This document shows, one piece after another, positions 1 through 9,542 of a DNA stretch of 64,000 nucleotides. Position 1 is the stretch's first letter, and the number at the start of each line of letters is the position of its first letter. This DNA comes from Cytophagales bacterium (lineage in GTDB: Bacteria > Bacteroidota > Bacteroidia > Cytophagales > UBA9547). The notes below the pieces were generated by a model. The model was not told the DNA's origin. It did not search any database and saw nothing but the letters and a program-made list of their open reading frames with translations. The position numbers and the translations under genes were made by a program. The DNA lies in assembly GCA_013297755.1 (NCBI GenBank), contig JAAFIH010000017.1, forward strand, positions 26,264 through 90,263, written 5' to 3'.

Positions 1-625
1 TTGTGGAGGATCACATGTGCCTGCTACTGGCAATATTGGGTTGCTCAAAATTGTATCAGAAAGCTCTGTTGCAGCAGGCGTGCGTAGGATTGAGGCTGTA
101 ACTGCAGCTGGTGCCGAAACCTTGATAGCCAAAGATTTACAGATGTATAATCAAGCAAAATCTGTGTTTAATAATACCAAAGATTTGTTAAAATCAATAG
201 AAGATTTGCAAGCTGAAAAAGCCTTGCTTCAAAAGAAATTAGAAGAATTTGAAAACAAGCAAATTGCAGAAATTATTACGCAACTTGCAACAAAAGTCTT
301 ATTTAAAAATGGTATCAATTTCATCGCTCAAAAACTGGATGTTTCGAGTGCAGAAGCTGTAAAAAACATTGCTTTTGGATTGAAAAATAAAGTTGAATAT
401 CTGTTTTGTGTACTCGTTGCCATTACAGACGAAAAACCACACATTGCAGTAATGATTTCTGAAAATTTGGTAAAAGAAAAAGCCCTAAATGCCTCAAACA
501 TCGTTCGAGACCTAGCCAAAGAAATACAAGGTGGTGGCGGTGGGCAGCCTTTCTTTGCAACTGCAGGTGGAAAAGATGTAAGTGGTTTGGAAAGGGTTTT
601 GGAGAAGGCGAAGGAAATAGTGTAG
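1..625 (+). CDS. alaS: alanine--tRNA ligase, C-terminal fragment (5' end lies outside the window)
   Basis: Frame is open from base 2. CGGSHVPATGNIGLLKIVSESSVAAGVRRIEAVT and the C-terminal GGGGGQPFFATAGGKD are typical of the AlaRS C-terminal region. Confidence 0.85.
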   Translation, partial: CGGSHVPATGNIGLLKIVSESSVAAGVRRIEAVTAAGAETLIAKDLQMYNQAKSVFNNTKDLLKSIEDLQAEKALLQKKLEEFENKQIAEIITQLATKVLFKNGINFIAQKLDVSSAEAVKNIAFGLKNKVEYLFCVLVAITDEKPHIAVMISENLVKEKALNASNIVRDLAKEIQGGGGGQPFFATAGGKDVSGLERVLEKAKEIV

Positions 626-652
626 ATTTATATATTAATTTGATTTGTAAAT

Positions 653-2056
653 ATGAAAGTTAGAAGCATAGAATTGGATGGTTACAATCAATTTAAGGGA
701 GTAAAAATTGATTTGACCTACCCCAAAGGACACGAAAAAGCTGGAAAACCATTACAAAAAGTTTGTTTTATTGGACAGAGTGGAACTGGAAAAACAAGCA
801 TTTTAAGGTTGATAAAGCGATTTACAACATTAGATAATCGTATTGGGAATAATTTAACAATTCCTGATTTTAAAAAGGATTCCGTAAAAATGGAATTACA
901 ATTATTTGATTTGGATTGGAAACTTACATCTAAGGAAAATACTTTATCTTTTGTGTACTGCACTGATAATAAATTAAATATTGAGACTAAACAATTTATA
1001 AATAAAAGAGATCACTTTAAAAATCAATTAAAGCCCTTTTTAATAAATTTTCCAGTAGAAACTATTTTTTTAAATCAAGTTTATACTAATGAAACAGAGA
1101 GAATGGCTAAGAAATTGTTGGGAATTATTAATGATGATTATTCAGAAGATTTAAACCCAAAACAGGTAATGGATTTTGGAATTGATGCAATAGATAAAAC
1201 TTTTGAATTATTGCTGAAAGAAATAGCTGAACATAGAGCTGAAGAAATAATTTTTAAAAATAAAATTTCTGAAGAAGCTCTCAAAGTAAATTCAAATTCT
1301 GAAGACATTGAAAAAGCGAATAATAAATACAGAGAATGGCTTAAAAAAAATCCTAATCCATTAGAGAAATTAGCAAATAATATTTTAAATGAAGTTTTAA
1401 AACCATTGGGATTAAAAGTAAAAACAGATTTAGATAAAAGTGCAGTTTTACATATCAATAATATTGAAATTCAAACCCTAGATGGTCAGGACATTCCTTA
1501 TAATTTTTGGAGTACAGGTACAAAGCATTTAATAAATTTGCTTATACCATTATATGAATTAAAACCTAATAATGCTATTGTTTTAATAGATGAACCTGAG
1601 CGTTCGATTTATCCAGATATGCAACGTATGATAGTAGATAAATGTGTGCGTTTAGGCACAGATTGTCAATATTTTTTTGCTACACATTCTCCTATTATAG
1701 CTTCTTCTTTTGATCCTTGGGAAATTGTAGAATTAAAATTTAATGAAGCAAATACACATATTTACCAAGAACAATATTACACTGGCGAACGCCATGTAGA
1801 TAATTACAAATTCAATCCCAAATATATGAGTTGGGATTCAATTTTAAACGAAGTGTTTGATATTGAAGGAGATGGAAATCCAGAAAGGCAAAGGAAAATT
1901 AATGAACTAGCAAAAGTTAATCAAAGAATAACAAAGAAAAAACTAAAAGAAAGTAAAGAAACACTTTTGAAAGATGTTGATTATTTGAAAGATGTTGAAG
2001 ACTTCAAAATTTTGGCTAATCAACTTAAATGGAATTTGGGAAGTGTTGAAATATGA
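653..2056 (+). CDS. AAA/ABC-type ATPase, Septu PtuA-like
   Basis: Walker A GQSGTGKTS, Walker B VLIDEPERSIYPD, ATHSP motif, with a long helical insert between the two halves (AAA15/AAA21 architecture). The stop overlaps the next start in ATGA. Confidence 0.6.
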   Translation: MKVRSIELDGYNQFKGVKIDLTYPKGHEKAGKPLQKVCFIGQSGTGKTSILRLIKRFTTLDNRIGNNLTIPDFKKDSVKMELQLFDLDWKLTSKENTLSFVYCTDNKLNIETKQFINKRDHFKNQLKPFLINFPVETIFLNQVYTNETERMAKKLLGIINDDYSEDLNPKQVMDFGIDAIDKTFELLLKEIAEHRAEEIIFKNKISEEALKVNSNSEDIEKANNKYREWLKKNPNPLEKLANNILNEVLKPLGLKVKTDLDKSAVLHINNIEIQTLDGQDIPYNFWSTGTKHLINLLIPLYELKPNNAIVLIDEPERSIYPDMQRMIVDKCVRLGTDCQYFFATHSPIIASSFDPWEIVELKFNEANTHIYQEQYYTGERHVDNYKFNPKYMSWDSILNEVFDIEGDGNPERQRKINELAKVNQRITKKKLKESKETLLKDVDYLKDVEDFKILANQLKWNLGSVEI

Positions 2057-2724
2057 GAAAAATTGATAAAACTCCTTTTTGGGCTACTGCATTTGCTAAT
2101 TACATCAAAGAATATAATAATAAATTTGGACACCATCCAGTTTACGACAGCAGTAAAAACGCTTATTATAATGACATTTACTACAATTTACTATTTTGTC
2201 AAAGAGGTTTATGTGCTTATACTGAAGATTTAATTGACGATACTATTTGGAAAGCAGTACCTCAAAATTGGGAAAAAGGTAAATATATTGGCAAAACACT
2301 AAAATTAGATGCTGATTTAGAACATTTTGACCCAAAACTGAAAGATAAACAAGGTTGGGATTTTGATAATTTATTTTTGGTTAAAATTTATAACAATAGA
2401 AAAATAAAATTAGGAAAAGATGTTCATCTTTTTTTCAAACCTGACTTACCAAATTATAATCCTAAAAAATACATGGAATACAATTTTCTTACTCATCAAT
2501 TTGTTCCTTTAAATGATTTGAGCGAAGATTTGTACACTAAAGTTGATTATATGATAGATACTTTGGGAATTAATGCTCATTCTGTAATTAGCAATCGAAG
2601 ACAATATTTGTTAGAAATTAAAATCACTTTGAAAAATGAGTTTGTAGCATTTGAAATATATCAAAATGAGCGATTGTATAAATTTTTTACAGCTTTTGAA
2701 ATGTCTAAATTTGATTTGATTTGA
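2053..2724 (+). CDS. HNH-like nuclease-family protein, PtuB / TIGR02646-like, degenerate zinc ligands
   Basis: CAYTE...(about 35 aa)...LEHFDPK...WDFDNLFLV...NNRK resembles the TIGR02646 pattern CxYCE...EHfxPk...W.NL...N..K. It is translationally coupled to the upstream ATPase by a 4-nt overlap. Confidence 0.45.
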   Translation: MRKIDKTPFWATAFANYIKEYNNKFGHHPVYDSSKNAYYNDIYYNLLFCQRGLCAYTEDLIDDTIWKAVPQNWEKGKYIGKTLKLDADLEHFDPKLKDKQGWDFDNLFLVKIYNNRKIKLGKDVHLFFKPDLPNYNPKKYMEYNFLTHQFVPLNDLSEDLYTKVDYMIDTLGINAHSVISNRRQYLLEIKITLKNEFVAFEIYQNERLYKFFTAFEMSKFDLI

Positions 2725-2825
2725 TTCAATCGTAAAAAAATAAAGTCTTTTAATTACAATTGACTAAAAAAATTTAATACAAGGATGTTAAAAGAATAAA
2801 TAATTTTATCTAAATTTATAAAAAA

Positions 2826-4619
2826 ATGGCTGATATTAGTTTTAGACCAGAAAGTAAAGTTCTAAATGAAATTTTTGGCAGAGATATTAAATATATCATT
2901 CCTGAATACCAAAGACCTTATTCTTGGGATTGTCTTGGGAAAAGCGATCAAAATAATCAGGTAAATGTAATGTGGGATGATTTGGTAAACTATTTTGAAA
3001 GTAACGACCAAAAATATCCATATTTTATTGGTTCAATGGTATTGATAGATAATAACAATTTTAGTTATGATGTGGTCGATGGGCAACAAAGACTAACTAC
3101 TCTGATGCTGCTTTTATCCTCAATAAAATGCTTATTTGATAAGCAAATTGTAATTTATGAGCAAAAAAACAACCCAGAATTTCTAAATACATTAAAAGCA
3201 GGATTAACGTCTATAAATGAGCTTTTATTTAATAACATAATAGAAGGAGTAATTACTTTGGAAAAGAAAGTAAAAATAGATAAACAATCGAGTGGTTATA
3301 ATTTTGATGAAGTTTTAAAAGATGCCATAGAATGTAAAGAATACAAAGAGGAAAGCTATAAAAATGCTAGTTCAGAACAAAAATCAGCAATTAAAAGATA
3401 CTTTAACAATAGAAATTTTTTAGAAAAAAAAGTTTCAGAAAAATTTACCACTCTTGGCGAATTCAACAAAACAGATTTTATTAATCTTAATAAGTTTATC
3501 CATTTTTTAAAAACTAAAGTATCTGTAGTAAGAATACTTACATCAGACATTACAATTGCTTACCATATTTTTGAAATTTTAAATAATCGTGGACTTCCAT
3601 TATCTAATAAAGATTTATTTAGGAATTTTTTAATAAAAAAATTCACCGAAATTGGAGATATTGAAGCAAATAAAAAATGGTTGGCTCTTGAGAATATATA
3701 TGATTTTAATGATGATTTTCTAGGAAGATGGGTAGAAAGTACGAATGCTAATCAGCAAAAATATTCTTCATATAATGATGTGATTGCTCTATATGATTCA
3801 AAATATCATGATTCAATATCTAAAAAGAAAATTGAAATTTTTTATGAGGATTTTAAAAATGCCTTGCCACTTTATGAAAAGATATTAAATGTAGATTTTA
3901 AAACAAGATTCTTTAAAACCAAAATTAACTTCTTTTTAGTTGCAGGTAATCAAAGATATAGCCTAAATCTTCTTCTATCACTTTTAAGAAATATTCAAGA
4001 AAATATTGAACAAAATGAAATTGCTAAAATCATTTTAGCTGAATACGATAAATACATAAATTATTGTTTAAGTTTTGGTAGATTTTCATCAAAACCTGTT
4101 TATAAATGTATTGATTTTATCAATAAGAAACAATGGGATAATGCAGTAAAAGAATTTTCCCAACATTATGATCAACAAGAAGTGTTAGAAGGCTTTGAAA
4201 ATGATTTTTATGGAAATAATGAAACTCCAAAACTTTTTCTTGCAAAATATCATTGGTATTCTACCTTTAAAGATGACGATGTAATTTCAGATTCAACTCT
4301 TTATTTTGATAAATGCACATTAGAGCATATTATTCCCCAATATCCAACAGAAGAGTCTCAGTGGAAAAAAGATTTTAAAAAGAAATTTAGAGAAGATTAT
4401 ACTTACAAGCTTGGAAACATGACATTAGTTACTTCAAAAATGAATTCAGCTGCAAAAAACTATGACTTTATCGAAAAGAAAAAAAAATATGCTTATTCAA
4501 ACCTTCCTATGACTATTGAACTTGCAAATTTACATGAAGAAATTTCTGAAAAATATATTTCAAATAGAAATAATAGTATCACTCAAATATTAATAAAAGA
4601 AATCTCTAATACTTATTAG
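2826..4619 (+). CDS. GmrSD-like type IV restriction enzyme (DUF262 + DUF1524)
   Basis: N-terminal IPEYQRPYSW and DGQQRLTT (DUF262 ParB-like NTPase motifs). C-terminal EHIIPQ ... LGNMTLVTSKMNSAAKN (DUF1524 His-Me finger motif). Confidence 0.75.
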   Translation: MADISFRPESKVLNEIFGRDIKYIIPEYQRPYSWDCLGKSDQNNQVNVMWDDLVNYFESNDQKYPYFIGSMVLIDNNNFSYDVVDGQQRLTTLMLLLSSIKCLFDKQIVIYEQKNNPEFLNTLKAGLTSINELLFNNIIEGVITLEKKVKIDKQSSGYNFDEVLKDAIECKEYKEESYKNASSEQKSAIKRYFNNRNFLEKKVSEKFTTLGEFNKTDFINLNKFIHFLKTKVSVVRILTSDITIAYHIFEILNNRGLPLSNKDLFRNFLIKKFTEIGDIEANKKWLALENIYDFNDDFLGRWVESTNANQQKYSSYNDVIALYDSKYHDSISKKKIEIFYEDFKNALPLYEKILNVDFKTRFFKTKINFFLVAGNQRYSLNLLLSLLRNIQENIEQNEIAKIILAEYDKYINYCLSFGRFSSKPVYKCIDFINKKQWDNAVKEFSQHYDQQEVLEGFENDFYGNNETPKLFLAKYHWYSTFKDDDVISDSTLYFDKCTLEHIIPQYPTEESQWKKDFKKKFREDYTYKLGNMTLVTSKMNSAAKNYDFIEKKKKYAYSNLPMTIELANLHEEISEKYISNRNNSITQILIKEISNTY

Positions 4620-4650
4620 CAATAAATTACTCCAACATCCATATTTCGCC

Positions 4651-4677
4651 TTTGTTGGTGTTTTTTCCACCAACAAA
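4651..4677 (+). terminator. hairpin downstream of the GmrSD-like gene
   Basis: TTTGTTGGTG-ttttttc-CACCAACAAA, a 10-bp perfect stem 32 nt after the stop codon. There is no clean T-tract after the stem. Confidence 0.3.
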
Positions 4678-4792
4678 TCACTAAATTTAAAGTGAAATAT
4701 TATCAAAAAGTTTATAATTATTTGTAGGATAAAAAAAAACATATTAGAATAAAATCTAAGGTTTTAATGTAGAAAATACTAAAATTTAAAGA

Positions 4793-5083
4793 ATGGGTTT
4801 AGGTGAAGATTCGCTATTTATTACAACTATTTTTCTATCAATAGCGATAGCAATTCTTTCTCTATTTTGGATTTTTCTTTTGAAAAAGAATTTTGGCAAA
4901 AAAATGTATAATGGTTTTTTAATTTTAATATTTTTTATGAGTGTTATTTCAATATTTAAATCTTTAAACATTATAAATAGTGCTTGGCCAGTAGCTTATC
5001 CTCAAATAATCTCTTTTATACAATTGATAATTTTATTTATTTTGAACATTTATCTAAAAAATAAAAGTAAAAGAATAGTCTAA
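4793..5083 (+). CDS. small integral membrane protein (3 predicted TM segments)
   Basis: ORF composed of hydrophobic segments. It lies 8 nt upstream of the next gene on the same strand. Confidence 0.4.
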   Translation: MGLGEDSLFITTIFLSIAIAILSLFWIFLLKKNFGKKMYNGFLILIFFMSVISIFKSLNIINSAWPVAYPQIISFIQLIILFILNIYLKNKSKRIV

Positions 5084-5091
5084 ATAATTAT

Positions 5092-5808
5092 ATGAACAAA
5101 AAACAACTTTGGCTTAAAATTGCAAATTATCACTTTGAACATTTAGTAGCTACACATCTTTGGGATGATATAATTTCAAAATTTGGTGGAGAAAACCCTT
5201 CTTCTAAAGCATTTGCTGATAAACTTTCTCGTAAATTAAATTGGAGCAAAAAGTTTGCTTCAAAAGCAATTTGGGAATATAAAAAGTTTGTTTATTTGGG
5301 TGTAATTAGCGATTTTAGCATTACCCCTTCAAAAATTATAGACCAAGTTTGGCATGAACATCTATTGTTTAGTGCAGGTTATCGGAAATTTTGTAAGGAT
5401 GTGATTGAATATGATTTTGATCATAATCCAGAATTAATTCCTTTCAATAGTCAAACAGAAACTTTTCATTCGCAATATTTTCATACAATTGAACTTTATA
5501 AAACCGAATTTGGTATAGCCCCACCAGCAGAAATTTGGGAGGAAACAAAATTTAAAGGAAATATTAAAAAGAAAGAAAATCAAAAAAATAACTCATTTGA
5601 TGCTGGTTTTTCAAATTATATTGGTACAAATCCACTTATTTCAATGTTTCCTGACTCAGATGTAAACAATTTAGAGTTTGGAAATGGAGAATTTGGAGGT
5701 GGTGGTGGAACAGGAAATTTTGAAATTTTCTCAAGCGACTCTGGTGATAGTTCTAGTTGTGGAAGCTCTTGCAGTTCAAGTTGCGGAAGTAGTTGTGGAG
5801 GAGATTAA
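5092..5808 (+). CDS. glycine-rich domain-containing protein (GRDP/DUF1399-like) with a Gly/Ser/Cys-rich tail
   Basis: DQVWHEHLLFSAGYRKFC core motif. The C-terminus is GGGGGTGNFEIFSSDSGDSSSCGSSCSSSCGSSCGGD. Confidence 0.55.
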   Translation: MNKKQLWLKIANYHFEHLVATHLWDDIISKFGGENPSSKAFADKLSRKLNWSKKFASKAIWEYKKFVYLGVISDFSITPSKIIDQVWHEHLLFSAGYRKFCKDVIEYDFDHNPELIPFNSQTETFHSQYFHTIELYKTEFGIAPPAEIWEETKFKGNIKKKENQKNNSFDAGFSNYIGTNPLISMFPDSDVNNLEFGNGEFGGGGGTGNFEIFSSDSGDSSSCGSSCSSSCGSSCGGD

Positions 5809-5851
5809 TTTCAAATCGTAATATTTTATCATTCTTATCTATTTATTTCTT

Positions 5852-6292
5852 ATGCTAAACCACCACGTCCGCCAAGCCACTGAAACCGACTTTAATGCCA
5901 TTCATGCCTTAATCATGGAGTTGGCAGCTTTTGTAAAAATGCCTGAAAAAGTAAGTATTACTCCCGAGCAAATGATACTTGATAAAGATATTTTTAAAGC
6001 CTTAGTTGTGGAGCATGAAAACGAAATTATTGGCTTTGCTTCTTACTATTACACCTATTTTTCTTGGACAGGCAAATCCATTTATATTGATGACATATAT
6101 GTTAAAGATACATTTAGAGGAAAAGGCATTGGCACTGATTTGATGCAACATATTTTTGAGATTGGCAGAAAAAATAATTGCAAAAAAGTACGTTGGCAAG
6201 TATCAAACTGGAATTCAAAAGCCATAGCATTTTACAAAATACTAGGTGCTGAAATCAATCAAGTAGAAGTAAATTGTGAATTGATGTTATAA
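5852..6292 (+). CDS. GNAT family N-acetyltransferase
   Basis: 146 aa. The acetyl-CoA binding motif region is FRGKGIGTDLMQHIF. Confidence 0.8.
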   Translation: MLNHHVRQATETDFNAIHALIMELAAFVKMPEKVSITPEQMILDKDIFKALVVEHENEIIGFASYYYTYFSWTGKSIYIDDIYVKDTFRGKGIGTDLMQHIFEIGRKNNCKKVRWQVSNWNSKAIAFYKILGAEINQVEVNCELML

Positions 6293-6489
6293 TTTTTGAA
6301 TTAAAAATTGAAATTATTATATCAATTTTATATATTTTTCATTATTTTGTTCAAAATAAATTTCAATGTTGAATGATTTAATCGCTTAAATTTAAAATAT
6401 TTTTGTATTTTTGACATCTTATTTTGTAAATAATCACACAATTAGGAATATTCCTTTGTTGAAAAGTAATACAAAAGATTATATATATA

Positions 6490-7749
6490 ATGGATTTAAA
6501 AGAACAAATATTACATTACAAAGCTCAAAATTCTGAAATTACCAAAGAAACATCTCTTGAGTTTCAAAAATTTGAAGACTTAGGTTTTCCTTCAACCCAA
6601 AACGAAGAATGGAAATATACATCTGTCAAAGAAATAGTATCAAAAAAATATGCTATTGCTCAAAAAACAACAAATAATCAGTTTGATTTATCACAAATAG
6701 CCATTTATTCGCCAAATGATTATTGTATTGTTTTTATCAATGGGCATTTTACACAAGATATTTCAAATATCAATCCAACACTTTTTGAAGTTTTTTCTTA
6801 CAAATCACCTGAATATTTAGACAAAAAAAACAAATTTGGACATTATCAATCCTACAATAAAGATGGTTTTGTGGCACTAAACGAGGCTTTTATCGAAAAT
6901 GGAATTTTTATTAAAATAAATAAAAATTCTGTCGTTGATAAACCTATTTATATATATTACATCAACGACTGCAAAGCCGAAAATACCCTCTCTTTGCCCC
7001 ATTTATCGATTTTAGTGGAAGAAAACGCTGAGGCTACTTTTATAGAGTTTTTTACTAAAACTGGAGAAAATATTTCTTTAACTAATATAATTACAGAAAT
7101 AACAACTGAAGAAAATACTACCACAAAATATTATAAAATATTACATGAAGGTTCTGATGCTAACCATATTGGCACAACCCAAATCAACCAAAATGGAAAA
7201 TCTGTAACAAATGCTACTACAATAGTTTTGAGTGGCAATATAGTAAGAAATAACTTAAATATTTCTTTAAATAAATCATATTCAGAAGCCAATTTATTTG
7301 GTTTAAGTTTGCTATCTCACACAAGTCATGTAGACAACCACACTGTAGTAGACCATGCAGTGCCACACTGCGAAAGTAGCGAATTATATAAAGCTATTTT
7401 AGACGAAAAATCAAGTTCTGTGTTTAACGGCAAAATATTTGTTCGCAAAGACGCTCAAAAAACTAACGCTTATCAATCGAGCAAAAACATACTTTTATCA
7501 AACGAAGCTACAGCATACTCAAAACCTCAGCTTGAAATATGGGCTGACGATGTCAAATGTTCGCATGGCCATGCTACTGGTCAACTCAACAAAGACCATG
7601 TTTTTTATTTGAAAGCTAGAGGAATTAGCGAAACTATGGCTATACGTATGCTCACGCAGGCTTATGCACAAGATATTTTGAATAATATTACTTTAGATAC
7701 ACTCAAAAATTATTGTGAATCTGAAATTGAAAAACGATTTAATGCTTAA
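6490..7749 (+). CDS. sufD: Fe-S cluster assembly protein SufD
   Basis: 419 aa. C-terminal beta-helix signature FNGKIFVRKDAQKTNAYQSSKNILLS...PQLEIWADDVKCSHGHATGQL...FYLKARGI. Confidence 0.85.
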   Translation: MDLKEQILHYKAQNSEITKETSLEFQKFEDLGFPSTQNEEWKYTSVKEIVSKKYAIAQKTTNNQFDLSQIAIYSPNDYCIVFINGHFTQDISNINPTLFEVFSYKSPEYLDKKNKFGHYQSYNKDGFVALNEAFIENGIFIKINKNSVVDKPIYIYYINDCKAENTLSLPHLSILVEENAEATFIEFFTKTGENISLTNIITEITTEENTTTKYYKILHEGSDANHIGTTQINQNGKSVTNATTIVLSGNIVRNNLNISLNKSYSEANLFGLSLLSHTSHVDNHTVVDHAVPHCESSELYKAILDEKSSSVFNGKIFVRKDAQKTNAYQSSKNILLSNEATAYSKPQLEIWADDVKCSHGHATGQLNKDHVFYLKARGISETMAIRMLTQAYAQDILNNITLDTLKNYCESEIEKRFNA

Positions 7750-7766
7750 TTTTAATAAAACTATAA

Positions 7767-8288
7767 ATGGAAATAATTACTGATTTAATCAAAATATTTT
7801 TACCTTCTATTACAGTCATGTATGGAATATTTTTGGTTGTAAAAGCATTTTTAAACAAAGAATATGAAAAAAAAATCTTAGAGTTGAAAATGGATAACAC
7901 CAAAATTGTTTTACCTATAAGAATGCAAGCCTACGAGAGAATATGCTTGTTTTTGGAGCGTATTTCGCTCAACAATTTGATTATAAGGGTAAACAATCCT
8001 GCTTTCAATTCTGCTCAACTGCAACAAGCCCTATTGGCTGAAATAAGAAATGAATACAACCATAATTTGTCGCAACAAGTGTATATGAGCGATGAATCTT
8101 GGTTGCAAGTACGCAAAGCCATGGAGGATATAGTAGGAATTATTAATTCGGCAGCCGAACAAACCCCCAATGATAGTAGAGGTATTGAATTAGCAAAAAA
8201 AATATTTGAAAATCTACTTTCGAGGACACAAGACCCTGTATATCAGGCTCTTACGTATGTAAAAAATGAAATAAGAATTGTATTTTAA
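7767..8288 (+). CDS. hypothetical protein with an N-terminal TM anchor
   Basis: ORF 17 nt downstream of sufD on the same strand, with an N-terminal hydrophobic helix. No family was recognised. Confidence 0.4.
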   Translation: MEIITDLIKIFLPSITVMYGIFLVVKAFLNKEYEKKILELKMDNTKIVLPIRMQAYERICLFLERISLNNLIIRVNNPAFNSAQLQQALLAEIRNEYNHNLSQQVYMSDESWLQVRKAMEDIVGIINSAAEQTPNDSRGIELAKKIFENLLSRTQDPVYQALTYVKNEIRIVF

Positions 8289-8404
8289 GTAGATTTGTTT
8301 CAAAATTTATAAAAAAATACAAAAAAAGTCTTAAATTATTTCGCATATTGAAGTATATACAACTATATTTGGTAAAAATATCTTTTTAAGCATATATAAG
8401 CATA

Positions 8405-9454
8405 ATGGTAAGCAACGAATTTTTGTTTTTTGGCACGTTTATAGTATTTGTAGTTACAATATTATTATTAGATTTAGGCGTATTTTCCAAAGAAAATAAA
8501 CCAGTTACATTCAAAGTTGCAGCCACCTGGAGTTGTGTATGGATAGCCATAGCACTTGCATTTTACGCCTTTTTAAGATACAACGGTGCCTTGATTCATG
8601 GTATAGAAACCCCCGAAAAATTAGCTTCAGTTGTTGAAAAATATGCTAGCCATGTCGTTTTAAATGGTGCTGATTTCGCCCAAAATATCATATTATTTCA
8701 AAACAACCAAGCATTGGAGTTTATCACTGGTTACTTGGTAGAATATGCACTTTCTGTAGATAATATTTTTGTTATTATGTTGATTTTTTCATCGTTTGGC
8801 GTGAGAGAAAAATACTACAAAAAAGTATTGTTTTGGGGTATTTTGGGAGCAATCATTATGCGTTTCGTATTCATTTTTTCAGGTTCTGCACTCATCAGCA
8901 GATTTGAGTGGATACTCTTAATTTTTGGGGGATTTTTGGTTTACACAGGTGCAAAAATATTTTTCTCTTCTGATGATGAAGAAAGTATGGATACCGAAAA
9001 AAATCCTATTGTAAAGTTTTGTACCAAATATTTCCCAGTTTTCCCTAAATATGTAGGAGACAATTTTTTTATCAAAAAAGCTGGTAAAACCATGCTAACC
9101 CCTCTGTTTGTGGTTTTATTGATTGTAGAATTTACAGATTTAGTTTTTGCCATGGATTCTGTGCCTGCAGTATTTGCTGTAACAAAAGATCCTTATATAG
9201 TATTTTTTTCCAATATATTTGCAATTTTAGGTCTTAGATCTATGTTTTTCTTTTTGGCCAATGTGCTTCCTTTGTTTCACCATCTCAAAACTGGATTGGC
9301 TTTTTTATTGATATTTATTGGAGGCAAAATGCTAGCCAAAGAATTATTGCATTTTGATATAGATATTAGCCATTCGTTGATAGCTATTGTAGTGATTTTG
9401 GGTGGAAGCATTGTAGCATCTTTGATTTTTCCAAAAAAAGAACACAAAGCTTAA
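8405..9454 (+). CDS. TerC family integral membrane protein
   Basis: Multi-pass membrane protein with LVEYALSVDNIFV and EFTDLVFAMDSVPAVFAVT, the duplicated TerC motifs. Confidence 0.85.
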   Translation: MVSNEFLFFGTFIVFVVTILLLDLGVFSKENKPVTFKVAATWSCVWIAIALAFYAFLRYNGALIHGIETPEKLASVVEKYASHVVLNGADFAQNIILFQNNQALEFITGYLVEYALSVDNIFVIMLIFSSFGVREKYYKKVLFWGILGAIIMRFVFIFSGSALISRFEWILLIFGGFLVYTGAKIFFSSDDEESMDTEKNPIVKFCTKYFPVFPKYVGDNFFIKKAGKTMLTPLFVVLLIVEFTDLVFAMDSVPAVFAVTKDPYIVFFSNIFAILGLRSMFFFLANVLPLFHHLKTGLAFLLIFIGGKMLAKELLHFDIDISHSLIAIVVILGGSIVASLIFPKKEHKA

Positions 9455-9542
9455 TTCCGTATCCCACTTGCATTTATCGCTATTTCCATATATTTTTTTA
9501 TGCAACAGGTTTAGTTAGTTTAAAAAATTAGGTTTTTTGAAA

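Noticed and set aside
653-2724. Retron (Ec78-type) association of the ATPase/HNH pair
   Set aside because: No reverse transcriptase ORF is present, and no obvious msr/msd-like structured region lies upstream (626-652 is only 27 nt). It was treated as a stand-alone Septu-like pair.
8289-8404. yybP-ykoY (manganese) riboswitch upstream of the terC-family gene
   Set aside because: The 116-nt leader is AT-rich. I could not find the conserved GGAGAGTAG / four-way-junction segments by eye.
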